From the human T2T-CHM13v2.0 reference genome, Homo sapiens, in assembly GCF_009914755.1 (NCBI RefSeq), contig NC_060928.1: DNA of 64,000 bases; one strand, written 5' to 3'. Shown one piece after another: positions 39,462-52,046 of this stretch. The position numbers and the translations under genes are program-made. Within the stretch, counting starts at the first letter, position 1; each line of letters begins with the position of its first letter. The notes beneath the pieces were generated by a model. That model was given only the letters and a program-made list of their open reading frames with translations. It was not told where the DNA came from and made no database searches.

Positions 39462-42167
39462 GGAATGCTACAGATTTTTGTATATTAATTTTGTATCCTG
39501 AAACTTTGCTAAAGTTGTTTATTAGATCAAGGAGCTTTGGTAGAGACTACAGTGTTTTCTAGATATAAAATCATATCATCTACAAACTAGTTTGAAGGAG
39601 AGTGCTTCTAGCATTTGCGTATTCAGTATTATGTTGGCAGTAGGTTTTTCATAGATGGCTCTTAATATTTTCAAGTATGTTTCTTCAATTCCTAGTTTAT
39701 TGAGGGTTTTTAATATAAAGGTATATTGAATTTTAAGAAAAGCTTTTCTGCGTCTATTGAGATGATCATGTGGCTTTTGTTTTTTGTTCTGTTTACATAG
39801 TGAATCACATTTATTGATTGTGTATGTTTAACCAACCTTGCATCCCAGGGATAAACCTCGATTGTGGTGGATTCGCTTTTTGATGTGCTGCTGAATTTGG
39901 TTTGCTATTATTTTGTAAAGGGTTTTTATGTCTATATTCATCAAGGATATTGGCCTGAAGTTTTCTTTTTTGTTGTGTCTCTGCCAGGTTTTGATATTGA
40001 GATGATGCCGGCCTCATAAGATGAGTTAGGGAGAAATCCTTCCTCATCAATGTTTTTGTGATGGTTTTAGTAGGAAAGGTACCAGCTCTTCTTTATTCAT
40101 CTGGTAGAATTTGGCTGTGAATCCTTCTGGTCCTGGGTTTTTTTTTTTTTTTTTTTTTTAAGTTGGTGGGCTTTTTACTACTGACTCAATGTTGGTTATT
40201 ATTGGTGTGTTCAGTGATTCAATTTCTTCCTTGCTCAATCTTGGGAGGTTGTGTATTTCCAGGAATTTATCTCCTTCTTCTAGGTTTTCTAGCTTGTGTG
40301 CATAGAAACTTTTGTAATAGTCTCTGAGAGTTTTTTCTGTTTCTATGGTAACATTCCCTTTGTCATTTCTGATTGTGTTTATTTGAGTCTTCTCTCTCTT
40401 TTTTATTAGTCTATCTAGCAGTCTATATATCTTATTAATTCTTTCAAAAACTCCTGGATTTGTTGATCTTTTGCATCTCAGTTTCTTTCAGTCCACCTCT
40501 GATTTTGGTTTTCTTTTTTTTCGTCTGCTAGAGTTTGGGTTGGTTTTCTTTTGTCTCTCTAGTTACTCTAGTTGTAATGTTAGGTTGTTAATTTGAGACC
40601 TTTCTAATTCTTGATGTGGGCATTTAGTGCTATAAACTTTCCTACTAACACTGCTTTAACTGTGTCCCAGAGATTCTTGTATGTCGTATCTATGTTCTCA
40701 TTAGTTTCAAAGAATTTCTTGATCTCTGTCTTACCTTCATTATTTAGCCAGAAGTCATACAGAAGCAGGTTGTTTAATTTCCATGTAACTGTATGGTTTC
40801 CAGTGATTTTCTCAGCATTGAGTCCTATTTTTATTGCACTGTGGTCCAAGAGTGTAGTTGGTATAATATTTTTCTTTTTTTTTTAAATTTGCTGAGGATT
40901 GTTTTATGCCCTTTTTTATGGTCAATTTTAGAGTATATGCTATGTGCAAATGAGAAGAATGTATATTCTTTTTTTTCGGGTGGAGAGTTCTGTAGTTGTC
41001 TGTTAGGTCCATTTGGTCAAGTGTAGTGCTCAGGTCAGAAATATCTTTGTTAGTTTTCTGCCTTAATGATCTGGTTAATACTGTCAGTATTGTCTCTCAC
41101 AATTATTATGTGGTTATTTAAGCTCTTCATAGGTGTCCAAGAATTTGCTTTATGAATCTGGGTGCTCCTGTGTTGGGTGCATATATATTTAGGATAGTTA
41201 GACCTTCTTGATGAACTGAGCCCTTTACCATTATGTAATGCCCTGCTTCTGTTTAAATTTTTTTGGTTTAAAATCTGTTTCATCTGAAATTAGAATAGCA
41301 ACCTTTGCTTTTTTCTGTTTTCTGTTTGCTTGGTAGATTTTTCTTCATCCATTTACTGTGAGCCTATGTGTGTCACTGCATGTGAGATGGGTCTCTTGAA
41401 GATAGCATACAATTGGGCTTTGCTTCTTTATCCAGCTTACCACTCTGTGTCTTTATTTGAGGCATTTAGCCTATTTACATTGAAAATTAGTATTTATATA
41501 CTGTCATCATGTTGTTAGTTATTATGAAGATTTGTTTTTGTGATTGCTTTATAATGTCACTGGTCTATGTACCTAAGTGTTTTTGAAGTGGTCAGTAAGT
41601 ATTTCCTTTCCATATATAGCATTCCTTTCAGGATCTCTTGTAAGGCAAGTCTGGTGGTAATTCAGTCCCTTAGCATTTGTTTGTCTGAAAGGATCTTAAT
41701 TGTCCTTCACTTATGAAGCTGAGTGTGGCTAGATTTGAAATTCTTGGTTGAAAATTCTTTTCTTTGAGGATGCTGAATATACTCTCCCACCCCATAATCT
41801 CTTCTGGCTTGTAGGGTTTCTGCTGAAAGGTCTGTTGTTAGCCTGATGGGATTCCCTTTGTAAGTGATTCCCTTTGTAAGTGATCTGTCCCTTCTCTGTA
41901 GTTGTTTTTAATGTTTTTTAATTCATTTCAACCTTGGAGAATCTCATGATTGTGTGTTTTGAGGATGGGCTTCTTATGTAGTATTTTGCAGAGGTTCTCT
42001 GCATTTCCTGAATTTGAATGTTGGCTTCCTTAGCAAGATTGGCGAAATTTTCATGGATGATATCCTGAAATATGTTTTCCAAGTTTCTTCCTCTCTCTCT
42101 CTCTCTCATGAGTCACAGATTTGGTGTCTTTATATAATCCCATATTTATCAGAGGTTTTGTTGATTC

Positions 42168-43148
42168 TTTTTTTTATTATTATTTTACTTAAAGCTCTGG
42201 GATACATGTGCTCAATGTGCAGGTTTGTTACATAGGTGTACATGTGCCATTGTGGTTTGCTGCACCTATCATTCTGTCATCTAGGTTTTAAGTCCCACTG
42301 CATTGGGTATTAGTCCTAATGCTGTCCCTCCCCTTTCCCTCCACTTGCCAACAAGCTCTGGTGTGTAATGTTTCCCTCCCTGTGTCTGTGTGTTCTCATT
42401 GTTCAACTCCCACTTATGAGTGAGAACATGTGGTGTTTGGTTTTCTGTTTCTGTGTTAGTTTGCTGAGGATGATGGTTTCCAGCTTTATCCATGACATGC
42501 AAAGGACATGAACTCATTCTTTTGTATGGCTGCATAGTATTCCATGGTGTATATGTGCCACATTTTCTTTATCCAGTCTATCATTGATGGGCATTTGGGT
42601 TAGTTTCAAGTTTTTGCTATTGTAAATAGTGCTGCAATAAACATACGTGTGCATGTGTCTTTATAGTAGAATGATTTATAATCCTTTGGGTATATATCCA
42701 GTAATGGGATTGCTGGGTCAAATGGTATTTCTGGCTCTAGATCCTTGAGGAATTGCCACACTGTCTTCCACAATGGTTGAACTAATTTACAGTCCCACCA
42801 ACAGTGTAAAAGCATTCCTATTTCTCCACATCCTTGCCAACATCTGTTATTACCAGACTTTTTAATGATCACCATTCTAACTGGTATGAGATGATATCTC
42901 ATTGTGGTTTTGATTTGCATTTCTCTAATGACCAGTGATGATGAGCTGTTTTTCATAAGTTTGTTGGCTGCATAAATGTCTTCTTTTGAGAATTGTCTGT
43001 TCATATCCTCCATCCACTTTTTGATGGGATTGTTTGTGTTTTCCTTGTAAATTTCTTTGAGTTCCTTGTAGATTCTGGATATTAGACCTTTCTCAGATGG
43101 ATACATTACACAAATTTTCTCTTATTCTGTAGGTTGCCTATTCACTCT
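42168..43148 (-). mobile_element. L1PA8-like 3' fragment nested in ORF1 of the older L1
   Basis: ctaggttttaagtcccactgcattgggtatt diagnostic; ORF 42606-43106 is the ORF2 C-terminal CCHC region (CWQGCGEIGMLLHCWWDC). Confidence 0.9.
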
Positions 43149-46014
43149 TCTTTACTTTTTAAAAAATTTTTGTCTGATTGAGTTATTTTGTAGAGCAGGT
43201 TTTCGTGCTCTGAGATTCTTTGCTTAGCTTAGCCTATTCTGCTGTTAATACTTGTGAATACATTGTGAAATTCTTGTATTGTGCTTTTCAGCTTTATCAG
43301 ATCAGTTTGGTTCCTTCTATAATGGATATTTCATCTATTAGCTCCTGTATCATTTTACAATAACCTTTAGATTCCTTGAATTGGGTTTTGACTTTATGCT
43401 GAATGTCAAAAATCTTCATTCCTATCCATATTCCAAATTCTATTTCTGTCATTTCAGCCATTTCAGCCTGGTTAAGAACCATTGCTGAGGAACTAGTGCT
43501 TTCATTTGGAGGTAAGAAGACACTCTGGCTTTTTGAGTTGCCAGAGTTCTTGCATTGGTTCTTTCTCATCTTCATGGGCTGATGTTCTTTTAATATTTGA
43601 AGTTACTCTCTTTTGGATGAATTTTTTTTTCTTTTATCCTCTTTAGTGTCCTTGGGGGTTTGATTATGCTATAAAGGTGGATTTAGTCAACTGGCTTCAT
43701 TCCTGGAATATTTTAGGGAGCCAAGGCTTATCTCAGGACTGCTGCACTGTGTGCCCTAACTCTGAGAGGCTAATATCAGACCCCTTGCTTTGTTCTCTGG
43801 CCCCTCAAGTTTAGGAATCTGCTGCACTGGAGGGGCTGAGGTTTTCTCAGACATCTGGTTACAACACTCAATGGGTGGTGCCAACCAAAGTGTTTTATTG
43901 GGTGGTGGGAGCCTGCCAGCATCCATACACATATTTGTGCTGGTGATGGTCAGCTTGGGGGTTGTTGGCAGGCCTGGAGCTGGCACTCTCCATTTACTCA
44001 TTCATGTGGGCAGTAGCAGCTATGCAGGATGGGGGATGAGGCTGTTGGTCTCTGTGCATAGGTTTGGACTGGAGGTTGTGTCAACATGGGGGTGAGGTAC
44101 TGAGGGGTGTGATGCTGGTGATCTCCATGTGCATATAAATACACAAGTGGCAGTAACAACACAGAGTAGGGGGGTGGGGCTACTAGTCTCCTTGTGCTCC
44201 TTCATGTTGGACAGGGTGTATGAGGTGTGCTTATGCTGGCAGCAGTGTCATGATGGGGCACACATGCACATGCACACTGGCAGGGAAGAGGAGGTGAAGT
44301 CTTCCTGCACCCACTCACTGGCAAAGTGATGTGGTGGGCAGCCATGGACAAGTGCACACAGGCAAACCAGCATGGCCAAGGCTGTGGTGGTGGGCGGGAG
44401 CAGGTAATTTGGTACCTGGTAGTGGGGGCTGCCCTACTGGAGCTCCCTGATGCTCAGGCATGATTTATCAGTGCAGGAGCTATGATGCAGGCATCTGGGA
44501 GTTACCTCAGCTGAGCATCCAAGGCTGCACTACAAGCAAGTGCATCCAGGCTGGGATCCTGGGAGAGACCGGTAGACAGTGGGGCTCTCAGGTCAGACTG
44601 GCTTCATCTCATGGACAAGATTGCCCTTCACTGTTCAGGTCCAACAGTTTCCCTAGGGCTAGATTCTCCTAGGAGAGCAAGGTGAGCCTAGGGGGATGGA
44701 CATCCCTTGCTGGGCTTCACTACAGACATTCCCACACCAAACCCTCTGGGCTCTGCACTGGCTGGAATTCTGCCTCTACCATCTCTCTAAGCAGCTCTCC
44801 CTGCCAGCTCAGGTGTTCATGGAGGTCATGGGGTCTCCTGCTGCCAGGGTTCCAGAGGTGCCTGGTGGGTTGCTCCTTGCCTGCTCAACTCACCACTTCC
44901 CCAGGAGTTGTTGGGGGCCAGGAGCGAGTCCCAGTACATGGTAGCCCCATGCAGGGTTCCCAGCTTCCTCCACCTTCAGACCAGCTTATGTGTCTTCCCT
45001 CTGTCCACTGACAGTGCTTGGAGTGTGCCAGTCTTCCTAATGTCCTGGACCCTTGGTGGCAGATGTTCCTCCTGGATGCATCTAGTTGGCCTTCTTGAGA
45101 GCAGCCTTATCTCTGTTATTTTTTGAGAAAAATTAAGCACTATTCTTTGAAACCTTTCCCTTGCTTAAAAAACATTTTAACCCATAGTCTTTTATATTCA
45201 ATATATAAAGATCCTGCTATTTTATTATAATTCTGTAGAATTTAAAGAAATTTTTCAAACAGGATTTGTAAGATGTGCTTATGTAAGATTGCAAGATTTC
45301 ATGAAAGAACTTTAAGTATTTGTTTATTGCATGTAGCCATGGTGTGTCCCATTTCTTCTAAGTCTAATAATTCGAGTAAGTAAATAATTTATTGCCACTA
45401 ACAGCTATAAAGATGACACAGTGAGGAGCCCTAAAAAATTTGAGATTAGTTGGTTGAACACTTTGCATTATATGTGAATTATAATCTTAACAGAAATAGA
45501 TAAGAGATATATACCAGCAATTACTACCCTGTACAGTAGTTTATTTATGAAACAGTAAAGAATATGGCTATATATTTGTAATTAAGTTACTGATTGAATG
45601 CTGTGTAAATAGTAATATATTATCTGAAGGTTTTCTAAATGATAAGTATTTGAAAGGATTATATAGAAACAATCCTACCTCATCTTTGTTCAGAAAATTA
45701 TTTGATATATTTTATTCTTCCGTATCATTGACTATCATTATCTTTTAGACAGAGCTATAGGGACATATCAATAATTTTAAAAGATCTTGAGATTACATTT
45801 TTTGTTCATTGTTTTCAATTTGTGATTTGGTCTGACAACTTGAGTTAATAACTTGAGAATCTTACACTGGGTGTGCATGCCTTTTTTGAGGAATCCAGTA
45901 TTGTTTTTGCCATTTCACCTCTTTCTATTCATATTATTTGTAAATATTGCATTAGCAAAATTATAGTAATAAGCAAAAGAAGGAAATAATTATTTAATTC
46001 TGTCTATTTTCAAA

Positions 46015-46374
46015 TGCCATTAGTGTAGGTCACCAGATATTTCTGGCTCTCCCCCTGCGTGCATAGTAAGATTGCACTTACCTGTCTCCATTGATATTAG
46101 GCATGATTATGTACTTGCTCTAGCCAAGTGATTTTTGTCAGTTCCTTGTGAAAAACCTAAAAACCTATGCATGATTTTCCATGTTACTTTCTCCTTAATG
46201 CAGGAATTTTAAAAGTATATATTAATATTAAATCTCTATCATTCCAAGTCCTTAGGAGACTGATGAACACAGCCATTGCAGACTCACTTTGGACATGAAA
46301 TATATGTTTATGTGATAAGCCATAAGATTTTTGTTTGTTACTGAAGTGTATCCTAGCCTATTCTGACAGATACA
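46015..46374 (+). mobile_element. MLT1I/J-like MaLR LTR
   Basis: tcaccagatatttctggctctcc...gtaagattgcactt...tttgttactgaagtgtatcctagcctattctgacagataca. Confidence 0.75.
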
Positions 46375-47190
46375 AAAATTGATATTCAAAGAGAAATGTC
46401 AAAATATGTGACACAGGCTTAGCTTTTTGGTCCGAGGCAGTGAAAAGACTACTTTGAATGCTGAATCACAATCAATGTTATTCAATAGCAAAATATTTGG
46501 TAAAATTATTTTTGATAAAGATGTGAAAATAAGATAATGTACCTCATAAACGTGTAGTTCTCAGAAAAGTGGTTAAAATAGCTTTAGTAGTGTGTGTTGG
46601 TTGATGTTGGCTGCATTTGATAGGGAATTATATAAAGTAAGATCAGGAAAGAATTAGCTTACAAGCAGGAGTGAATGGAAATAGAGTACATGATTTCAAG
46701 GTCTTTCAGTATCAAAGAGGAAAGTTTTTCTCGACTCCAACTGATAAAATATAAAACTGAGAAGAATTTTGAGTCACAAGAGCCGATTAAATCTCAGTCT
46801 GGTGGCAACAACCAAATTAAGGTATATAGCTTTTCAAATTGTTTAGAACTTCTGAATGGATTAAGATGTCTTAGAGTAAAATTTCCAACTGAGGGAGTGA
46901 CACCCTTTAATATTTCAAATGGACAAAATAATAATGGTGTGTCTTTTCTATCAAAGCTTATTTACAGACCCAAGATGCCAGTAATTAAGTTGAAAAATAT
47001 GATAAAGCAAAGAAATGTAGCAATTTTAAGAAATAGAACTAAAAAGTACTGTGATCATGGCTATTGGCACTTGATACTGACTGAAATATAATAGATAAAA
47101 AGCTTACTAAGTTTTTGCTACGCATTTTAATAGAAATGTAAAACCATAGCTTGCTGCTGTTGGAGAAGACTTGTGGATTCAGATAACCTA
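46375..47190 (+). mobile_element. MLT1 internal sequence fragment
   Basis: Directly follows the LTR; caaaatatgtg...tagcaaaatatttggtaaaatt...gataatgtacct...ttggctgcatttgata is typical of MLT1-int. Confidence 0.6.
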
Positions 47191-47676
47191 GTGGACTAAT
47201 CTGATTTATTAGTGATTCATGCAATTCAACATCATCTTGAACTTGCAAGAAAATTCATGATACAATCCTTTATCATTAATGATTTTCTACTGACAATGTT
47301 ACTGTGTTGCATTCGTAGGTATTTTGTAACAGAGCTGAAATAATGCCCTGGATCTTTTCGTTACATTGCCAAATTTATCAATAATTTACCAATTGAATCA
47401 AAGACTATCTTTTAAAAGCAGGTAAAATCTATATGTGGAACATTTTCTGTGTACATGTCAATAATAAGTACCACAACACTTTAAAAACATTCAATTAACA
47501 TTCTCTACCAATAATGACTTATATAATTTCCAACCAGTATAAAGATTATATTCAATATAAGGCTTGATTTCCAGGTATTATTTACACATTTCTTTACTCT
47601 GTCTTAATAGTAAAAGAAAGAACTCAACACTCTAACCTCGTTTTATTTTTATTTCAAGGGTCACACAGCTGCTAAT

Positions 47677-48263
47677 TGTTCTGTGTGGGGAACATGTGAG
47701 GGGAGAAGAAAAGACACACATACAATACCTGTAAGGGTAAACAACCTTTATCCCATGTAAATGGCAATGCGGATATAATAAGCAAATGATATAATAAGCA
47801 AATTGATATAATAAGCAGATTGATATAATAAGCAAATTGCAATGGGAAGGGGAGAAGGAAAAGATACATACATACATATATATACATGTATATATATGTA
47901 TACACATATACACTCACCAGACTATGGAGGATTCACCACCAGACTGGGAAGCAACAGCCTGGGCTCCAGAGTCGGACACCACACTCACCAGATTATGGAG
48001 GATTCACCACCAGACTGAGAAGCAACAGTCTGGGCTCCAGAGTCAGAAGTAACAACAGGCTGACCTCCAGAGTCGGACACTAACTCACCATAGTATGGAG
48101 GGGATTCACCACCAGACTGGGAAGCAACAGCCTGGGCTCCAGAGTTGGCTACCCATCCATGCACAGATGAGGAGAGGTCTCATGAAGCTTTGGTATTGTC
48201 CGGGACCCTAGCTTTTTTTGTAAAAGTTGTTTGGCATGAGGCCCAGTCACAGTGGCCCTTCGC
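47677..48263 (-). mobile_element. LTR10C-like (HERV-I) LTR, 5'-truncated, with internal tandem expansions
   Basis: Minus strand ends ...cttttcttctcccctcacatgttccccacacagaaca; (gatataataagcaaatt)x4 at 47772-47838; ~70-bp unit x3 at 47911-48150; family name recalled. Confidence 0.8.
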
Positions 48264-48329
48264 TGTGTCATAAACACTTTTCATGTAATTATTTGTGGTT
48301 TTATGATCGTATTTATAATTACAGCAAAT

Positions 48330-49660
48330 TTTCCACTTTATAACACAACAACTTGTACATTTCACTAATAGGCATACATATTGTGTCTGTTTTTTTCACT
48401 AGTATAACTAATGCTACACCAAACATCTGTGTGCATAAATCTTTGTTTAAATATGATTATTTTCTTATTATTAGAAATAAAATGGTGATGAGAAGATAAA
48501 AGTATTTCTAAGGCTCTTGAAGCAAGTGGTCACACTGTTTCCTCCCACAAATTTTGCCATTTTATTCTGAACAGAATACCTTTTTCATTTTATACTCTGT
48601 ATTATACTTTTTAAATCTTTGCTAACTTTACAGTTGAATGATACCTCAATAATACTTGCATTTTATAAAGAAATTAACATTTTTTTCTTCTTATAGTTTC
48701 TAATCCATAGGTAGTTTAAACTATTCATTGATATTCTTTTTTTTTGCATTTCTATGCTTCATTATTTATAGAAAATTTTTACCGTTTTATATTTCTTTGG
48801 TTTTGTGTTACTCTTGATTTTCCATATTATGTTTTTCCATATGAATATCTTTTATTGTTATGTAGTTAACCAAGTTGTGTCTTCCTTTATTTTTCTTTTA
48901 CTGTTTTAAGCTTGGAATTATTTCCCATGGAGAGATAAATATTAGTCTACCTATTTTTTATACAAGTATTTTGATTTTTTGAATTAGCAGTTTAATTCAT
49001 TGAAAATTTAATTTTGTCTAATATATGAGGTGAATATCTAAAGTTTTTCCACCTAGCTTATATTTGGTTGCAAAATCATTGTTTACGTTTCCCCATTGGT
49101 TTGTATTGTTGCATTTCCCACGTGAACACTTCTGAACCATTGTTTTGTTTCATTTACTTATTTGTCTTTTCCTCTCTCAGAACCACACTAACTTGTTATT
49201 ATGACTTTATACCATTTTGTAATACTCGGTAACATTATTAATTCCTCATCAATCTGACTTTTCAATAGTTTTAAAATTTAATCTTAAACATCACAATCTT
49301 AAAAAAAAACCCATAAATTCCATTGGCATTTTGACCAAGAGTATATTAATTGCACAGATTGCTTTGGGTGAAATTAACCACTTTGTAGGCTCAGTCCTCC
49401 TATTTGGAAAATGTTAATTATCTCCATCTATTTATGTTATCTTCTGTACTTCCCTTTCTTCCTATATTTTACACATGTCCTGATAATGTTACTCCAAAGT
49501 ATTTTATGATTTTTTTCCCTACTGCACCACACTGCATGTTTACTCATACAAACATTATAATAAAATTTCTTACTTTTAAAATAACTTCTATTTTAAAAAT
49601 AAAAATACAAATAATTTTTACTAATTTGATGCATATCAATTACTCATACTAACATAACTG
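48330..49660 (-). mobile_element. Highly diverged L1ME ORF2/3' fragments
   Basis: aacatctgtgtgcataaatctttg...tatatgaggtgaatatcta...accacactaacttgtt...cattggcattttga. Confidence 0.55.
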
Positions 49661-51945
49661 TTGAAGAATAAGTTATTTAGAATAGGATTTATTTAGGAGT
49701 TTTAACTATTGTCAGTCATTATTTTATATAACATGTAACTCATCCTAAAACGATTCTTGGGGAAAAAAGCTATTGGCATGATTTCTGCATTCAATACTTT
49801 GGGTCCTCACAGCTTCTTGGTGACCCACCCTTCTCAGCAGCTGCCATTGTCCATCTTTTCTTAGTAGACCTGGTTTCTCCGTATTCCTTCTCAGAGAAAA
49901 AGCCTCAACACATCTTTTTCTACAGTAACACAAATGGCTTACTCTAGTCATGGGGATATCCTAGGGAAGACACAAGTCAGAACTTCTTTCATTTTAATTG
50001 ACTGATTAAGCAATAAACCAAGCCTCATTGTATCTTTTAAAAACAGCTTGTTAAACATGAAACTCACCCATTGAAACATGAAAGCATTTTATCTTCTTGC
50101 ATCATGCTGATGAATCTTGCATCTTAAAAATCCTTTTAAATATAAATAATCCATGTTGACACAAGACACATGGTCAGGAGAATAATCATATGAGACAGTA
50201 AAGAACTCATGTACTCTTTCCTCAATTGAAGCCATAGTTTATTTGTATGTGTGTGCTTTTTAAACATCCAGAATTCTAATCCAACTGTCTCAACTATCCC
50301 AGAGGAGACCAGGCCTAAAAAAGCCATCTGTCTCAAATATAATGTCCAATGGTATGTAGGTATAATTTCCATGTGCTGCTTATGGAATCACTTTATTTAT
50401 TTATAATCATATAATTTATGTTGACTGTCATTGTATAAAAATGCAGAACTTCACTGGGGAGAAAGGACATAATAGGTTGGAGAAGAAAGGTGAAGAAAAC
50501 CTGAAAAGTTTCAACACTGTTAATCTAAGAAATTTAAAACAAGAACCATGGGAGCATGTTTTAATATTTTCCTCCTAGGCTAGCTACTTCACACAATTCA
50601 TTTGTGTATCCACTTTATATTTTATGCCACAGTCTTAATTACATTTTGGATGTTTGGTGTATTCAAAAAATGGTATTTTTTAAATAATATAAAGAATTAT
50701 CAATACAGATTTTTTTAAAACTTCTTTTTAAGTGGTTAATGGTTTACAGATCTTAGGTTAAAATGGAAGACCAAGAAATTGCAGTTTTCCACTATTACTC
50801 AAATCTCTAAAAATGACAGAAAAGTTATAAACAAAAATAAATAACACAATATAGTATTTGATTTTGACTGGTGTCACCAATGTTATACCAAAATTTTATT
50901 AACATATTTACAAAACGTTTTCCTTAAAGTTTATCTTATCTGACTCATGGAGTTTAGATTTTTTTTTTCTGTTTACTGAGAACTGGAGAGTATAATTTAT
51001 TGAAATACAAAGTATCATTGAACAAGATTTTCTTATACACCATTTAAACAACTACACATACAATGTATTTTTGAAGGAGCTTTGACTTTTTTAAATATTT
51101 CAGCAGTCATATATAAACATTATTGATGACCAGTTCACTAATGCAAGTCACAGCTCTTAGAACTTTCTCTATCTCTTCCTTATTCCCCGTTACCACATTG
51201 TTTTCCTTAGCATAATCACCATTCCCAAATGCAAATGGTAAATTTAAAACTAGAATTTTTCAAAGTCTGCTTCAATTTTAACTACAAATATTCACAGAAA
51301 ATGGATCTTTGTTGGATATCCAGTTAGGTTAGTTATAACTTCTTTTGTAATTTAATTTTAGAGTGGTTTTATCTTTTTTTGTAGATATTTTAAATTAATA
51401 TAGTCTGGCAATTTAATGCAACTATACTAATGGGAACTCAACACCATGAACTTGAGGTAGAGGTGACTGAGAGTAAATGTGGAGACTATTGATTACATGA
51501 TCATAAGTAAGACAGGGAAATTTAAGCAGTGGTACATTGTATTTTCATGATAATTACATGTGTGTCTATAACAAATAATAGCAAATTCAGGTCAATAGTT
51601 TCAGTGATGCTTTATGTTTCCTTGTTTCCAGTATTAGAATGAATTTTAAATCACTAGCCACGTAGCTATGGTGTCATAGTCTGAAGTAGAAGTTAAGAAG
51701 TTTTCGTTGCTAAGAATTAGTCTGACTGACATGAACCATTTGTTTGTCCATGTTCCTTCTCAGCTCTTTTCCCTGTGTGTTAACACAACCTCTCCCCTTT
51801 TCTCTCCCTCATTTTTGTCTTCCCATTTTTATATCAATGCTGGAAGGCCCTTCTGCCTGCCAGGGAAGCAAACTGGCCTGGCAGCCTTGCTGCTGGGAGC
51901 ACTCACTCAGCTCCTGAGGGCCTGGCGTGCTGCACCATTTCTTAC

Positions 51946-52046
51946 CTTGCTCATGCACTCCCTCTGGTAACTTTTGTTTTCATGAGAACTTTGGATAGTT
52001 CTGCTGCATTGCATTGGGTTTTTAAAGTATTGCCCCCAAAAAGCAT
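51946..52046 (-). other. Candidate exon (101 nt)
   Basis: cttcatttccttggtAG acceptor (second acceptor cctttctcAG 17 nt upstream) and AAG|GTAAGA donor. Confidence 0.25.

Larger units (their letters stand above)
36943..45106 (-). mobile_element. Full-length (inactive) L1PA15/16-type LINE-1 with 5'UTR, ORF1, ORF2 and 3'UTR
   Basis: TSD ttatctttgttatttt (36927-36942) / ttatctctgttatttt (45107-45122); GC-rich 5'UTR ~43700-45106; ORF1 peptides (MRKNQCKNSGNSKSQS; LENIFQDIIHENF); ORF2 fragments; three nested insertions. Confidence 0.92.

Noticed and set aside
43756-45126. GC-rich region with several ORFs suggesting a gene promoter or first exon
   Set aside because: It is the 5'UTR of the full-length L1; CpGs are largely decayed
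47911-48150. Regular ~70-bp direct repeats resembling a CRISPR array
   Set aside because: The whole unit repeats with no unique spacers, it lies inside a primate LTR, and there are no cas genes
51707-51970. 87-aa hydrophobic + strand ORF / possible + exon
   Set aside because: Non-ATG start, low-complexity pyrimidine composition and a weak donor (GTAACT)
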